DNA from: an uncultured Chloroflexia bacterium
Lineage (GTDB): Bacteria; Chloroflexota; Limnocylindria; Limnocylindrales; CSP1-4
DNA: 64,000 nucleotides
Reading direction: 5' to 3'
Assembly (NCBI GenBank): GCA_963813535.1
Contig: CAWEZH010000002.1
Location: forward strand, 1,664,001 to 1,728,000
The position numbers and the translations under genes are program-made. Of the stretch, positions 22,644-33,239 are shown one piece after another. Below the pieces are notes generated by a model. It was not told the origin of the DNA and did no database searches. It saw only the letters and a program-made list of their open reading frames with translations. Position 1 is the stretch's first letter. Every line of letters begins with the position of its first letter.

Positions 22644-22858
22644 GACGGGCCGAGCCGCCTCCCGGCCCGTCCCATCCTGCCAAATGTGCACCTGGTGCAC
22701 GTTGGTCCGGATCGGGAGACGCTTTCATGCGCCAGGACGGATGGTCATGCAACGGCCGCGATCAGCGGTGCAGGCGGCCTCATCGTCATGCATCGATATG
22801 CATCCAGTGCGGCCTGTCAGCCCGCAAGTCGGTGCCGAAGGTGCACGTGCGAGCATTT

Positions 22859-22937
22859 GGCCGGAATGTCGCGTGCCGGGCCGGCGAGATCCCGGCCGGA
22901 ACGTCGCGTGCCGGGCCGGCGGGATCGCGGCCGGAAT
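22859..22937. repeat. Tandem repeat, ~2.25 copies of a 35-bp unit
   Basis: GGCCGGAA(T/C)GTCGCGTGCCGGGCCGGCG(A/G)GATC(C/G)C at 22859-22893 and 22894-22928, plus a partial third copy. Confidence 0.85.
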
Positions 22938-23273
22938 CGCCCGAGATCACCGAGACTCACCCGGCGGCGGACTCCGTCCAGCGAGGCGTGATCGGGCGGA
23001 GCACCGTCCAGCGCGCGCACACGGCACAGCCGAGGTACGGCGTCGGACCGTGCTGACGATGCGCCTCGACGGCGGCGCGCAAGACGCGGAACGGACGGAT
23101 GGCCGCGTGCGGGGCAGGTCGTTTCATGGTCGTGTCCTCGGATGGAGCGGCGGTTCGATGGACCCAGCATCGACGCCGCGCGCCCTCGAGCCCACTGACG
23201 CACGCCCCGTCCTGGGCTGGACGATCGACGATGGGCTGGGAACCGCCGAGCGCGCCACGCCGTCTCCCACGCC

Positions 23274-23807
23274 ATGGATGCCCTACCTCGGCCGGCCCGC
23301 CTCGCATCAGGCCTCCTCGCCCTCGTGGTCGCCCTCGCGGCCTGTTCCGGAGGCGCCGCGGCGCCATCGTCCCCGCCGTCGGCATCGCCGCCCGACGCGC
23401 CGGTGACGGCTCCCCCGAGCGACGGCACCGGTGATGGCGCGAGCCAGGACCCCGGCGTCGGTCTCGGGGCGAAGCCGATCGTTCCGAAGCCCGGGCAGGC
23501 CATCAATGTCCGCCCGATCGCTGCCGAGCAGCTGGTCGCACGCGTGGAAGGCGACAAGATCGTCGTCAAGGCCGTCTGGACCAGCGGCGTCGAACCCTGC
23601 ACGATCCTCGACTCGATCGCGGTCGACAAGGGGGACGGGACCTACACGATCACCCTGCGCGAAGGCAACAGCCCGCAGGAGATCGCGTGCATCGCCATCG
23701 CTGAGCAGCACGTGACCGAGTTCGAGATCCCCGACGTCGCGCCCGGGACCTGGACGATCGCGGACTCTGGCGGCGTCGCCGCCCCGGTCGAGGTGGTCGT
23801 CAGCTGA
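23274..23807 (+). CDS. Hypothetical lipoprotein
   Basis: Lipobox LAAC, Pro/Ser linker, beta-rich domain with two Cys. Confidence 0.75.
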   Translation: MDALPRPARLASGLLALVVALAACSGGAAAPSSPPSASPPDAPVTAPPSDGTGDGASQDPGVGLGAKPIVPKPGQAINVRPIAAEQLVARVEGDKIVVKAVWTSGVEPCTILDSIAVDKGDGTYTITLREGNSPQEIACIAIAEQHVTEFEIPDVAPGTWTIADSGGVAAPVEVVVS

Positions 23808-23891
23808 TCGCAACGGTCCGTCAGTCCACATAGCCGAACCGGACCGACCCCGCGCGGGGCGCGCCGGTGGCCCCTGTGCGACGATCGAGCG

Positions 23892-25076
23892 GTGAACCCG
23901 CTCGATCTCGTGGCGATCCTGCTCGTCATCCTCGCCGTCATCCTCGGGTTCCACTCGGGAGCACTCCCGCAGGTCGGCGGCCTGCTCGGTGCGGTCGTTG
24001 GTGGCGCACTGGCGATCCTGGCCTTGCCCCATCTGGTCGAGCCGCTGGGCAACGTCCCGGCCGGGATCCGCCCGTACGTCGTCCTCGCGGGGCTCCTGAT
24101 GGCGGTGGGCGTCGGTGAGTCGATCGGCTCGGCCATCGGGCGGACCGGCGCCAAGTCCCTCGGTACGGGGTACCTCGGCGCCGCCGATCGCGTCGCCGGC
24201 AGCCTGACCGGTGCAGCCCAGGCGTTGCTCGTCATCTGGCTCGCCGGCGGCCTGCTCGCATTGGGGCCGGTGGCCCGCCTGAGCGAGGCCGCGCAGACAT
24301 CGACCGCGGTCCGCACGTTGAATGCCGTGCTGCCGCCCCCGACCGAGATCGCCGGCGACCTCGGCCAGCTGCTCGACGATACCGGCTTGCCGGACGTCTT
24401 CGTCGGCTTCGAACCGCTCCCGAAGGCGCCGGTCGACCCGCCGAGCGATGCCATCGCCAGGCGGATCGCGGGGGATGCGCAGGCCAGCACGGTCCGCGTC
24501 CGCGCGGGGGTGTGCGGTGCCGTCGCGTCAGGGAGCGGGGTCGTCGTCCGGAACGGTTATGTCGTCACGAACGCCCACGTGGTCGCCGGCGCACGCGATG
24601 GCGCGGTGGACGTCTCGACCGTCCTGGGCGAGCGGGCCGGTGCCCGAGTCGTCCTGTTCGACCCCTCGCTCGACGTCGCGTTGCTGTGGGCCCCGGACCT
24701 CCGCGCCGATCCGCTCCGATTCACCAACGGCAACCCCGACCGTGGCACCCTCGGTGCAGCCTTGGGCTTCCCGGGCGGTGGCTCCCTCAGCGTCGTGCCG
24801 GCGGCGGTCACAGGGTCCTATCGCGCGACCGGCCGTGACATCTACGGCCAGGTCCGCGTGGACCGGGACATCCTCGAGCTGCGCGCCCAGATCGATCGCG
24901 GCGACAGCGGCGGCCCATTCGTGCTCCAGGATGGGACGATCGGCGGACTCGTCTTCGCCGAGGCGCGGACGGATCCCGACGTGGGCTACGCGTTGAGTCC
25001 GACGTCCGTGGCGGTCCGGATCGCCCCGGCCCTCAGTCAGACCAGCGCGGTCGCGACCGGAGCGTGTCTGCGCTGA
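23892..25076 (+). CDS. MarP-family membrane serine protease (CvpA-like TM region plus trypsin domain)
   Basis: Four TM helices, then VTNAHVV, DVALL, GDSGGP. Confidence 0.9.
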   Translation: MNPLDLVAILLVILAVILGFHSGALPQVGGLLGAVVGGALAILALPHLVEPLGNVPAGIRPYVVLAGLLMAVGVGESIGSAIGRTGAKSLGTGYLGAADRVAGSLTGAAQALLVIWLAGGLLALGPVARLSEAAQTSTAVRTLNAVLPPPTEIAGDLGQLLDDTGLPDVFVGFEPLPKAPVDPPSDAIARRIAGDAQASTVRVRAGVCGAVASGSGVVVRNGYVVTNAHVVAGARDGAVDVSTVLGERAGARVVLFDPSLDVALLWAPDLRADPLRFTNGNPDRGTLGAALGFPGGGSLSVVPAAVTGSYRATGRDIYGQVRVDRDILELRAQIDRGDSGGPFVLQDGTIGGLVFAEARTDPDVGYALSPTSVAVRIAPALSQTSAVATGACLR

Positions 25077-25077
25077 G

Positions 25078-25494
25078 CTAGTTCACCCGGTCGGGCGCCA
25101 GATCCGAGATCCAGCGGGCGACCGCCTTCAGCACCTTCTCGCGGATCGCCGGTTGCGCGTCCAGCAGCGAGGTGAACTCGCGATGACCGATGACGAGCAG
25201 GCGGGTCGGCGTCGAGGCCGTCACGGTCGCCGCGCGGGGGACATTCCCGAGTAGCGCGAGCTCACCGAAGAATTCACCCTCACCCATGGCGTTGATCGTC
25301 TTGCCACCCTTGGTGACGTCGACCTTGCCGTCGAGGATCACGAAGAACTCGTGGCCCGCCCCGCCCTCCTTCGTCAGGACCTTTCCTGCGGGAACGGACA
25401 CCTCGTCGGCCAGACGCCCGACCTGCGTCAGATCCGCGGAACCAAGGCCCGCGAACAGCGGCACCTTCGAGAGCATCGTCAGCTTCTGATCCAT
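25078..25494 (-). CDS. Stand-alone cyclic nucleotide-binding domain protein
   Basis: VPLFAGL, FFVILDG, phosphate-binding cassette [19 protein letters not shown]. Confidence 0.9.
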   Translation of the reverse strand: MDQKLTMLSKVPLFAGLGSADLTQVGRLADEVSVPAGKVLTKEGGAGHEFFVILDGKVDVTKGGKTINAMGEGEFFGELALLGNVPRAATVTASTPTRLLVIGHREFTSLLDAQPAIREKVLKAVARWISDLAPDRVN

Positions 25495-25615
25495 CGCCTC
25501 GATCGTCCCTCCGCATCGACCCCTCGGGTCCGGTCGCGGCAGCATACGCGCTGGGTACCGTCGCGGGAAGGTCGTCGCGTCGCGATACCTGACCGCGCTC
25601 CGTACACTGCACGCC

Positions 25616-27385
25616 ATGCCCGACGCCGTCACCGCCGCTCCATCACACCCCTACGACCGTGTCACCGATCCGGCCAAGCGGCACTCGTCCGCACTGACGG
25701 ACGGCCCCGACCGCGCCGGTGCGCGCGCGATGCTCAAGGCCATCGGCTTCACGGACGACGACCTGGCCAAGCCGCTGGTCGGCGTCGCGACGACGTGGAT
25801 CGAGACGATGCCCTGCAACTACAACCAGCGCCGGCTGGCCGAGTTCGTCAAGGAGGGCATCCGGGCCGCGGGCGGCACGCCGATGGAGTTCAACACGGTC
25901 TCCGTCAGCGACGGTGTGTCGATGGGCACCGAGGGCATGAAGGCCTCGCTCATCAGTCGCGAGGTCATCGCCGACTCGATCGAGCTCGTCGTCCGCGGCC
26001 ACCTGCTCGACGGGCTGGTATGCCTGGTCGGCTGCGACAAGACGATCCCCGCCGCGGCGATGGCCCTGGGCAGGCTGGATGTCCCGGGGCTGGTCCTCTA
26101 TAACGGCACGATCTACCCGGGCGTGTACAAGGGCCGTCGGGATGCGACCGTGGTCAAGGTGTTCGAGGCCATCGGCGCCTACCGCGCGGGCCGCATGACG
26201 CTCGATGAGCTGTACGAGATCGAGAACGTGGCGTGCCCGGGGGCGGGCGCCTGCGGAGGCCAGTTCACCGCGAACACCATGGCCACCGTCATGGAGTTCA
26301 TCGGGCTGGCACCGGCCGGTCTGAACGGGATCCCGGCCGAGGACCCGGCCAAGGACGATGCGGCTCGTCAGAGCGGGGAACTGGTCATGGACCTCGTCCG
26401 GCGCGATGTCCGGCCGTCGGCCTTGGTCACCCGTGACGCGCTCGAGAACGGCATCGCGAGCGTCGCGGCGACTGGCGGGTCGACGAACGGCGTCCTCCAT
26501 CTCTTGGCCATCGCCCACGAGTTCGGGCTGCAGCTCGACATCGACGAGTTCGGCGCGGTCGCCGATCGGACGCCGCTCATCGCGGACATGCAGCCCGGCG
26601 GGCAGTACACCGCGACCGACATGTTCGAGGCGGGCGGCGTCGGCCTCGTCATGCGCGAGCTGCTCAAGCGACCCGGGTTGCTGCATGGCGGCGCCCCGAC
26701 CGTCGACGGCCGGACGATCGCCGAGATCGCCGCGGACACCGCCGCCACCGAGGGGCAGCAGGTCGTGGTCCCGCTCGAGACACCGATCAAGCCCACGGGC
26801 GGCCTGACCATCCTGCGCGGCACGCTCGCGCCGGACGGCTGTGTCGTGAAGCTGGCCGGCCACGAGCGGCGCCTCCATCGCGGCCCCGCACGCGTGTTCG
26901 ACTCGGAGGCGGACTGCTTCGAGGCAGTCAAGGAACGGCGCATCGTGGCCGGCGACGTCGTGGTCATCCGCTACGAGGGCCCTGTCGGCGGGCCGGGCAT
27001 GCAGGAGATGCTCAGCGTCACGGCGGCGCTCGTGGGTGAGGGCCTGGGTGATGTCGTCGCGCTCATCACCGACGGCCGGTTCTCGGGTGGCACCCACGGT
27101 CTGATGCTCGGTCACGTCGCCCCGGAGGCGGCGCTCGGCGGACCGATCGCGATCGTCGAGGAAGGTGACGAGATCGTCATCGACGTCGACCGCAAGGCCC
27201 TCGACCTGAACGTGCCCCCGGAGGAGATCGAGCGACGACTCGCGACATGGGCGCCACGACCGGCCAACTACACGACCGGCGTGCTGGCCAAGTACGCGGC
27301 CCTGGTCGGCTCGGCCTCGACCGGCGCCGTCACGACCGGTCCGCGCATGACGGCGAACCTCGCGGGGACGCGCGCCACTCGATGA
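25616..27385 (+). CDS. ilvD: Dihydroxy-acid dehydratase
   Basis: [40 protein letters not shown]. Confidence 0.96.
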   Translation: MPDAVTAAPSHPYDRVTDPAKRHSSALTDGPDRAGARAMLKAIGFTDDDLAKPLVGVATTWIETMPCNYNQRRLAEFVKEGIRAAGGTPMEFNTVSVSDGVSMGTEGMKASLISREVIADSIELVVRGHLLDGLVCLVGCDKTIPAAAMALGRLDVPGLVLYNGTIYPGVYKGRRDATVVKVFEAIGAYRAGRMTLDELYEIENVACPGAGACGGQFTANTMATVMEFIGLAPAGLNGIPAEDPAKDDAARQSGELVMDLVRRDVRPSALVTRDALENGIASVAATGGSTNGVLHLLAIAHEFGLQLDIDEFGAVADRTPLIADMQPGGQYTATDMFEAGGVGLVMRELLKRPGLLHGGAPTVDGRTIAEIAADTAATEGQQVVVPLETPIKPTGGLTILRGTLAPDGCVVKLAGHERRLHRGPARVFDSEADCFEAVKERRIVAGDVVVIRYEGPVGGPGMQEMLSVTAALVGEGLGDVVALITDGRFSGGTHGLMLGHVAPEAALGGPIAIVEEGDEIVIDVDRKALDLNVPPEEIERRLATWAPRPANYTTGVLAKYAALVGSASTGAVTTGPRMTANLAGTRATR

Positions 27386-28287
27386 CCCGCCACATCCCGA
27401 TCGGGATCAAGACATCGCCACAAGCGGTGGACTGGGCGACGCTCGATGCGATGTGGGCGCGTGTGGGCGCCCACGACGTCCTCGAGTCGGTGTGGATGAA
27501 CGACCACCTCACCGACATCGCCCACGACCGCCACGGAGCGAGCCTCGAGGCGCTGACGGCGATGACGTCGCTCCTCCATCGCGTCCCCGGACGGTGGGTC
27601 GGGCATGGCGTCCTCTCCAACACGTTCCGTCATCCGGCGGTACTGGCCAAGGCAGCCACGGTCCTCGATCACGCGACACAGGGCCGCTTCATCGTCGGCC
27701 TCGGTGCCGGGTGGCACGAGGGGGAGCACGTGTCGCTCGGGATCCCGCTCCCGCCGATGCGCGAGCGGTTCGACCGCTTCGAGTCGGCCGTGCACGTCCT
27801 TCGCGCGATGTGGTCGCCGGAAGCGGCGACAGCACCGGGCGTGACTCGGCCCGACCCCTTCTATCCGCTCGTCGAGGCGTCCAACGAACCGCCACCCCTC
27901 ACGCCGGGCGGCCCGAAGCTGTGGCTGGGCGCCGGCAAGCGGCGTGGCATCGCCCTGACCGTGGCTGTCGCAGACGGGTGGATCATGCCGGCGGTGTCGG
28001 TGACATCCGGTCGGTCGACGGATCTCGACGACTTCAGCGCCGGGCGAGACGCGATCCTGCTCGGGCTCGAGGAGATCGGGCGCGAGCCTGCGACGTTCGA
28101 GTTCGGGGCGCAGGTGCCGGCGGGCTCGACGCACGAGGAGCGCGCGACGGCGCTGGAGCAGGCCAAGGACGCCGTCCGACGTGGCGCCACGCATGTCATC
28201 CTCAACCTGCGGCCGCGACTCGGACCCGATGGCGTCGACGCGGTCGCTCGCGAAGTGGCAGAGCCGCTCCGGCAGGCCATCGGTTGA
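27382..28287 (+). CDS. LLM-class flavin/F420-dependent oxidoreductase
   Basis: [40 protein letters not shown] overlap with ilvD. Confidence 0.88.
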   Translation: MTRHIPIGIKTSPQAVDWATLDAMWARVGAHDVLESVWMNDHLTDIAHDRHGASLEALTAMTSLLHRVPGRWVGHGVLSNTFRHPAVLAKAATVLDHATQGRFIVGLGAGWHEGEHVSLGIPLPPMRERFDRFESAVHVLRAMWSPEAATAPGVTRPDPFYPLVEASNEPPPLTPGGPKLWLGAGKRRGIALTVAVADGWIMPAVSVTSGRSTDLDDFSAGRDAILLGLEEIGREPATFEFGAQVPAGSTHEERATALEQAKDAVRRGATHVILNLRPRLGPDGVDAVAREVAEPLRQAIG

Positions 28288-28304
28288 GCGCGCATGATGG
28301 GTCG

Positions 28305-28562
28305 GTGACCGCGAACGAGCCTCGCGCCGGCTGGTCGTCGCCGCCCGATCCCGACGCGTATGACTCGCCCCGCGCCGAGCGCGCCCGGGCGAAGGGCCTG
28401 AAGGCGCCGTACATCACCGGTGGGACGGCGCCCGACGCCGCGAAGGCGCGAGCCGAGGAACGCCGTCTCGGGCGCTGGCTGTTGCTGATGGTCGTGACCA
28501 TCGTCGCGGCAGGGTTCGTCGTCGGCGCGATCGTCGCGCTGCTGATGCCGGCCGGGCAGTGA
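28305..28562 (+). CDS. Small hypothetical membrane protein
   Basis: 85 aa with a C-terminal TM helix. GTGA overlap with the next gene. Confidence 0.7.
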   Translation: MTANEPRAGWSSPPDPDAYDSPRAERARAKGLKAPYITGGTAPDAAKARAEERRLGRWLLLMVVTIVAAGFVVGAIVALLMPAGQ

Positions 28563-30004
28563 CGACCGGCGCTCCCGTGCGCCCCTCGGACGCGGTCGCA
28601 CCAGCCGACTGGGCGGCGGCCCACGATGGCGTGGTCGTGACGTTGCGCGACCTGATCCGCATCCCGACGGTCAACCCGCCGGACCCCGCGTCGCCCGGCG
28701 AGGAGACACGGGCCGCCCGCTACATCGCGTCGCGCCTCACCGACCTCGGCCTCGAACCCGAGGTGATCGAGCCCGTCCCGGGTCGTGGCTCAGTGCATGT
28801 CCGTCTTCGGGGCGACGGCTCGGGCGGCGACCCGTTCCTGCTGCTGTCACACCTCGACGTGGTCCCGGCCCCGGCCGAGCGTTGGTCGCACGATCCGTTC
28901 GCGGCGGATATCGATGCCGGATACGTCTACGGCCGTGGCGCCGTGGACATGAAGGGCATGGTGTCGCTCGAGATGGGCGTGGTCGAGCGCCTGGTGAGCG
29001 AAGCGCGGGCCGCCGGACGGGATCCCGTCAGCGACCCCATCCCCGGCCTTCGCCGGGACGTGCTGTTCACGTGTGCGGCCGACGAGGAGGCCGGCTCCAC
29101 CGACGGAGCGCGCTGGTTCGCCGTCCACAGGCCGGACTGGCTACAGGCGGCGGGGGCGGTCAACGAGTGCGGTGGCGTGTCCGTCACGGTCGCGGGCCGG
29201 CGCCTCTACCCGATCCAGGTCGCCGAGAAGGGCTTCGTCCCATACCGCATCCACGTGCGTGGGAACTGGGGCCACGGGTCCATGCCCCGCGAGGACAACG
29301 CCGCGGTCATCGCCGCGGGCATCATCGAGCGGCTTGCCGTCCCAGGGCCGATCCGGATCACGCCGGTCATGACGCGCTTCCTCGAAGCCGCAGCCGATGC
29401 CCTACCCGCCGCCGTGGGCGGGACGTTGCGTGCCATCGCTGCCGGCGAGCTTGCCCCGGCCGAGATCGACCAGGCGATCGACCGGTTGTGCGACCCGATG
29501 TACGGCCGCGCGCTCCGGGCGCTGATCCGGGACACCTTGAGCCCGGACGTCGTCCACGCGGGGGTCAAGTACAACGTCATCCCCGGCGACGCGACGATCG
29601 AGGTCGACTGCCGGATCCTGCCGGGCACGTCGGAGGCCGACATGTTCGCCGAGCTCGAGGGGCGGATCGGCGAGGACGTCCTGCCCGCCTGCAGCATCGA
29701 GCGGCTCGCGTTCGGCGAACCGGTCGAGGCGCCGGCCGAGGGTCCCTTCTGGGACACGCTGGTCGCCACGCTGCGCGACCACGACCCCGACGGCGTCGCG
29801 CTCCCGGTCATGGCGCCGTTCGCGACCGATGCCAAGGCGACGGCGATGGTCGGCACGCCGACCTACGGCTTCTCGCCGTTCCGCCTCGAGCCCGACGAGC
29901 GTTTCCTCGAGCGCTTCCATGGCGTCGACGAGCGGATCTCGCTCGACTCGCTGCGGTTCGGCCTACCCGTCCTGTACGACGTCGTTCGTCGCTTCTGCGC
30001 CTGA
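28559..30004 (+). CDS. M20/M25/M40 family metallo-hydrolase
   Basis: SHLDVV, GRGAVDMKG, ADEE, NVIP, FHGVDERI. Confidence 0.92.
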   Translation: MTTGAPVRPSDAVAPADWAAAHDGVVVTLRDLIRIPTVNPPDPASPGEETRAARYIASRLTDLGLEPEVIEPVPGRGSVHVRLRGDGSGGDPFLLLSHLDVVPAPAERWSHDPFAADIDAGYVYGRGAVDMKGMVSLEMGVVERLVSEARAAGRDPVSDPIPGLRRDVLFTCAADEEAGSTDGARWFAVHRPDWLQAAGAVNECGGVSVTVAGRRLYPIQVAEKGFVPYRIHVRGNWGHGSMPREDNAAVIAAGIIERLAVPGPIRITPVMTRFLEAAADALPAAVGGTLRAIAAGELAPAEIDQAIDRLCDPMYGRALRALIRDTLSPDVVHAGVKYNVIPGDATIEVDCRILPGTSEADMFAELEGRIGEDVLPACSIERLAFGEPVEAPAEGPFWDTLVATLRDHDPDGVALPVMAPFATDAKATAMVGTPTYGFSPFRLEPDERFLERFHGVDERISLDSLRFGLPVLYDVVRRFCA

Positions 30005-30026
30005 CGCCCCCGCTACTCCGCCTGGA

Positions 30027-30245
30027 TCAGGCGCCACTCGCTCCTTCGGGCGGTGGGACCGTGACGCGGACTCGCTCCTCGCAGGACGTGCAGACGAAGA
30101 TGTGGCCCTTCTGCCAGTCGCGCTCCGGGTCGCCCGACGCGGGATCGTGCGGGTCGGCTTCCGGTGCCAGCACTCCCCAGCTGCCATCGGAGTGCTGATG
30201 CTCGACGTGGAAGAGCGCGTTTTCGAGCTGTCCGTACTGGAACAT
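30027..30245 (-). CDS. Small putative metal-binding protein (HxH...CxxC), 72 aa
   Basis: Strong SD (AGGAGG), HQH and CTSC motifs, co-directional with and downstream of marR. Confidence 0.75.
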   Translation of the reverse strand: MFQYGQLENALFHVEHQHSDGSWGVLAPEADPHDPASGDPERDWQKGHIFVCTSCEERVRVTVPPPEGASGA

Positions 30246-30287
30246 GGGTCGACCTCCTGCGCGTAGCGTAGCGACCCGGTCGCGCGC

Positions 30288-30872
30288 CTACGTCCCTGGT
30301 TCGCGGCGGGCGCGGATGAGCCGTCCGCGTCGACTGATAGCGTGGGTCGCGAGGGCCGCAACGCCCATCGCGACGATCGAGCGCTCGGCCGGCGGCAGCG
30401 GTCGAACGGCGGACAGGAACTGCTCGGCCCGCCCGCGGTCGACGACGCGCAGGATCGCGTGGCCGCGCGGCGTGAGGCGGAGCACCTTCTGGCGCCGGTC
30501 CTCCTCCTCGGCCCGCCGCTCGACCAGGCGCCGCTTGACGAGCCCATCGATGAGCCGACTCGTCGCCGATGGGGAGCGATTGATCGACTCGGCGAGCTCG
30601 CCGATGGTCAGCGTGCTCCCGTCGGCCAGGACGTACAGCGCGGCAAGCTGGGTGAAGCCGAGGCGGAGCTCGCCGAGCTGGCTCGCAAAGCCGATCACCA
30701 GCTCCCGCCACAGCGCGCGCCCCATAGCCACCCGCTCGCTGATCTGGCGCACGTTCGGGAGCCGCGTGCCGGCCGCCAGGACCGGTGCAGACAGGTCGGC
30801 TTCGAACCGCTGCGCGATCGCTCGACGGGGTGCTGGTCGGGTGGTCGCGCGCGCCACGCGGATGTCGGTCAT
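30288..30872 (-). CDS. MarR-family transcriptional regulator
   Basis: TQLAAL, LTIGELA, SATSRLIDGLVKRRLVER, EDRR, LTPRG. Confidence 0.9.
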   Translation of the reverse strand: MTDIRVARATTRPAPRRAIAQRFEADLSAPVLAAGTRLPNVRQISERVAMGRALWRELVIGFASQLGELRLGFTQLAALYVLADGSTLTIGELAESINRSPSATSRLIDGLVKRRLVERRAEEEDRRQKVLRLTPRGHAILRVVDRGRAEQFLSAVRPLPPAERSIVAMGVAALATHAISRRGRLIRARREPGT

Positions 30873-30873
30873 A

Positions 30874-30889
30874 CGTGCAAGCATGCACG
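30874..30889. promoter_or_regulatory. Candidate MarR operator
   Basis: Perfect inverted repeat CGTGCA-AGCA-TGCACG in the marR/fabD divergent spacer. Confidence 0.5.
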
Positions 30890-30933
30890 CGAATCGGGGT
30901 CGACGGCAACCGGCGCACGTACCCTCGCCAACG

Positions 30934-31896
30934 ATGTCCTCGTTCGCGTTCGTCTTCCCCGGTCAGGGCTCGCAATCGGTGGGCATGGGCCGGGATCTCG
31001 CCACGTCCTCGCCTGCCGCGGCCACCGTCTGGCAGGCAGCGGACGCCGCCCTTGGCTCGCCCATCAGCGATCTCGCCTGGGACGGCCCCGCGGAACAGCT
31101 CGACCTGACCGAGAACGCACAGCCCGCGTTGGTCGCGGCTTCGATCGCCATCCTCGAGGCGCTCAGCGAGGGTTGGTCTGCGGCCGGCCTCGGGGTCCCC
31201 ATGCCTGCCTTCGCCGCCGGTCATTCGATGGGTCAGTACTCCGCGTTGGTGGCGGCAGGAGTCCTGTCGCTGGAGGACGGCGTCCGCCTCGTCCGCCGTC
31301 GGGGCGAGCTGATGCAGGCGTCCGGACAGGGCCGCGACGGTGCCATGGCGGCCCTGATCGGCCTCGACGATGCGCATCTCCCCGCGTTGCTGGCATCGGC
31401 CGCAGCACACGGGACGTTCGTCGTCGCCAACCGGAACTCACCAGGTCAGGTCGTGGTGTCGGGCGACCGCGCGGCGATCGAGGTGGGCGCGGAAGCCGCC
31501 AAGGCGCTCGGTGCGAAGCGGGCCATCGTGCTGCCGGTCAGCGTCGCCGCCCACTCACCGCTCATGGCCGAGGCGGCCGAGGGGATGCGCGAGACACTCG
31601 CCGATGTGGCGTTCAGCGATCCGTCGATGACCCTGCTCGCCAACGCCGACGCACGGTCGATCACGACCGCCGAGGGGGCCCGCGCCGAGCTCGTCGAGCA
31701 CCTGACCGCGGGCGTCGACTGGGTCGCCGCCGTCGAGCGGATGACCGCGGATGGCGTCACCACATTCGTCGAAGTCGGACCCGGCAAGGTGTTGACCGGC
31801 CTCATCAGACGCATCGAGCCGGAAGCAGAGATCCTGCCGGCCGACGATCCCACCACCCACGCCCGCCTGCTCGATCTCGCCGCCGTGACGGCCTGA
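30934..31896 (+). CDS. fabD: Malonyl-CoA:ACP transacylase
   Basis: FVFPGQGSQ, AQPAL, GHSMG, NSPGQVV, AAHS, EVGPG. Confidence 0.95.
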   Translation: MSSFAFVFPGQGSQSVGMGRDLATSSPAAATVWQAADAALGSPISDLAWDGPAEQLDLTENAQPALVAASIAILEALSEGWSAAGLGVPMPAFAAGHSMGQYSALVAAGVLSLEDGVRLVRRRGELMQASGQGRDGAMAALIGLDDAHLPALLASAAAHGTFVVANRNSPGQVVVSGDRAAIEVGAEAAKALGAKRAIVLPVSVAAHSPLMAEAAEGMRETLADVAFSDPSMTLLANADARSITTAEGARAELVEHLTAGVDWVAAVERMTADGVTTFVEVGPGKVLTGLIRRIEPEAEILPADDPTTHARLLDLAAVTA

Positions 31897-31925
31897 TCGC
31901 CGAGTTCCTGGAGGACACAGCCCAT

Positions 31926-33200
31926 ATGCGTCGACCCGACTACGACCGCCGCGTCGTCGTCACCGGTCTCGGGGTCATCAGCCCCGTCGGCAACGACAAG
32001 ACCACCGCCTGGTCCAACCTCGTCAATGGTGTCTCCGGCTTGGCGCCGATCACCTATTTCGACACGTCGCCGTACGAGGCGAAAGTGGCCGGCGAGGTCC
32101 ACGACTTCGATGCCAAGGAGTGGATGGACCCCAAGGCTGCCCGCCGCAGCGAGACGAGCATGCACTTCGGGGTGGCAGCGGCCAAGCAGGCGCTCGCCGA
32201 CTCCGGCTTCGAGCTGACCGACGAGAACCGCACCGAGGTGGGGGTCGTGTTCGGGTCGGGCGCGGGCGGCCAGCAGCTGATGATCGACAACTACGTCTCG
32301 TTGCACGACAAGGGCCCCCGGACGGTCGCACCCACGTTCATCGCCAACGCGCTGGTCGACAGCTGCTCGGGCATGATCGCCATCGAGACCGGGGCCATCG
32401 GGCACAACGTGTGCATGGTGTCGGCCTGCGCGACCGGCACGCACAACGTGGGTGAGGCCGCCGAGACCATCCGCCGTGGCGACTGCGTGGCGGTCATCAG
32501 CGGCTCGACCGAGGCGCCGTTGCTCGAGGTCGCGCACGCCGGGTTCTCGAACATGCGCGGCATGGGTCTGCCGCGCCCCGGCGAGGAGCCGCAGACCGTC
32601 TCACGCCCGTTCGACGCGACCCGCGACGGGTTCGTGCTCGGCGAGGGGGCCGGTTCGCTGTTCCTCGAGGACCTCGAGCTGGCCAAGGAACGCGGGGCCA
32701 CGATCTACGCCGAGGTCGTCGGCTACGGCTCGGCGGCCGACGGTTGGGACATGGTCCAGCCGATCGACGCCGGCGTCGGCTCGTCTCGCGCCATGCAGAT
32801 GGCGCTCGATCGACGGGGCGTGCCGGCCGACGAGGTCGACCTCATCAACCCGCACGGGACGTCGACACCGCTCGGTGACAAGCGCGAGGCGGAGGCTGTG
32901 TGGGCGACGTTCGGATCGCGAGCGGCCCGCGACGCCAAGTCCATCGCCATCAGCGCCACCAAGTCCATGACCGGCCACATGATGGGGGCGGCCGGCGCCT
33001 TCGAGGCCTTCGCGACGGTCATGTCGGTCGCCGAACAGTGCGCCCCCGGCACGCTCAACTACCGGGACTTCGATCCGGAGTGCGACCTGTGGGTCCCTGC
33101 GGAGACCGTGCCGATGCCGATCCGCTACGCGCTGTCGAACAACATCGGGCTTGGCGGCCACAACGGCGCCGTCATCTTCAAGAGGTATGACGGAGACTGA
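31926..33200 (+). CDS. fabF: Beta-ketoacyl-ACP synthase II
   Basis: RVVVTGLG and Cys-His-His triad (SACATG, HGTST, GHMMGA). Confidence 0.9.
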   Translation: MRRPDYDRRVVVTGLGVISPVGNDKTTAWSNLVNGVSGLAPITYFDTSPYEAKVAGEVHDFDAKEWMDPKAARRSETSMHFGVAAAKQALADSGFELTDENRTEVGVVFGSGAGGQQLMIDNYVSLHDKGPRTVAPTFIANALVDSCSGMIAIETGAIGHNVCMVSACATGTHNVGEAAETIRRGDCVAVISGSTEAPLLEVAHAGFSNMRGMGLPRPGEEPQTVSRPFDATRDGFVLGEGAGSLFLEDLELAKERGATIYAEVVGYGSAADGWDMVQPIDAGVGSSRAMQMALDRRGVPADEVDLINPHGTSTPLGDKREAEAVWATFGSRAARDAKSIAISATKSMTGHMMGAAGAFEAFATVMSVAEQCAPGTLNYRDFDPECDLWVPAETVPMPIRYALSNNIGLGGHNGAVIFKRYDGD

Positions 33201-33239
33201 CCGTCCGACCCCCTGGATCCACCCCTACAATCCGTCCCG

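Noticed and set aside
22859-22937. 35-bp repeats as a CRISPR array
   Set aside because: The units are directly adjacent with no spacers, there are only about two copies, and no cas genes are present.
30342-31925. Long N-terminal extensions in the ORF track (fabF 952 aa, fabD 550 aa, korA 813 aa, korB 525 aa, LuxR 1176 aa)
   Set aside because: The extensions overlap other real genes. The true starts are downstream, supported by SD, -10 or stop/start overlap evidence.
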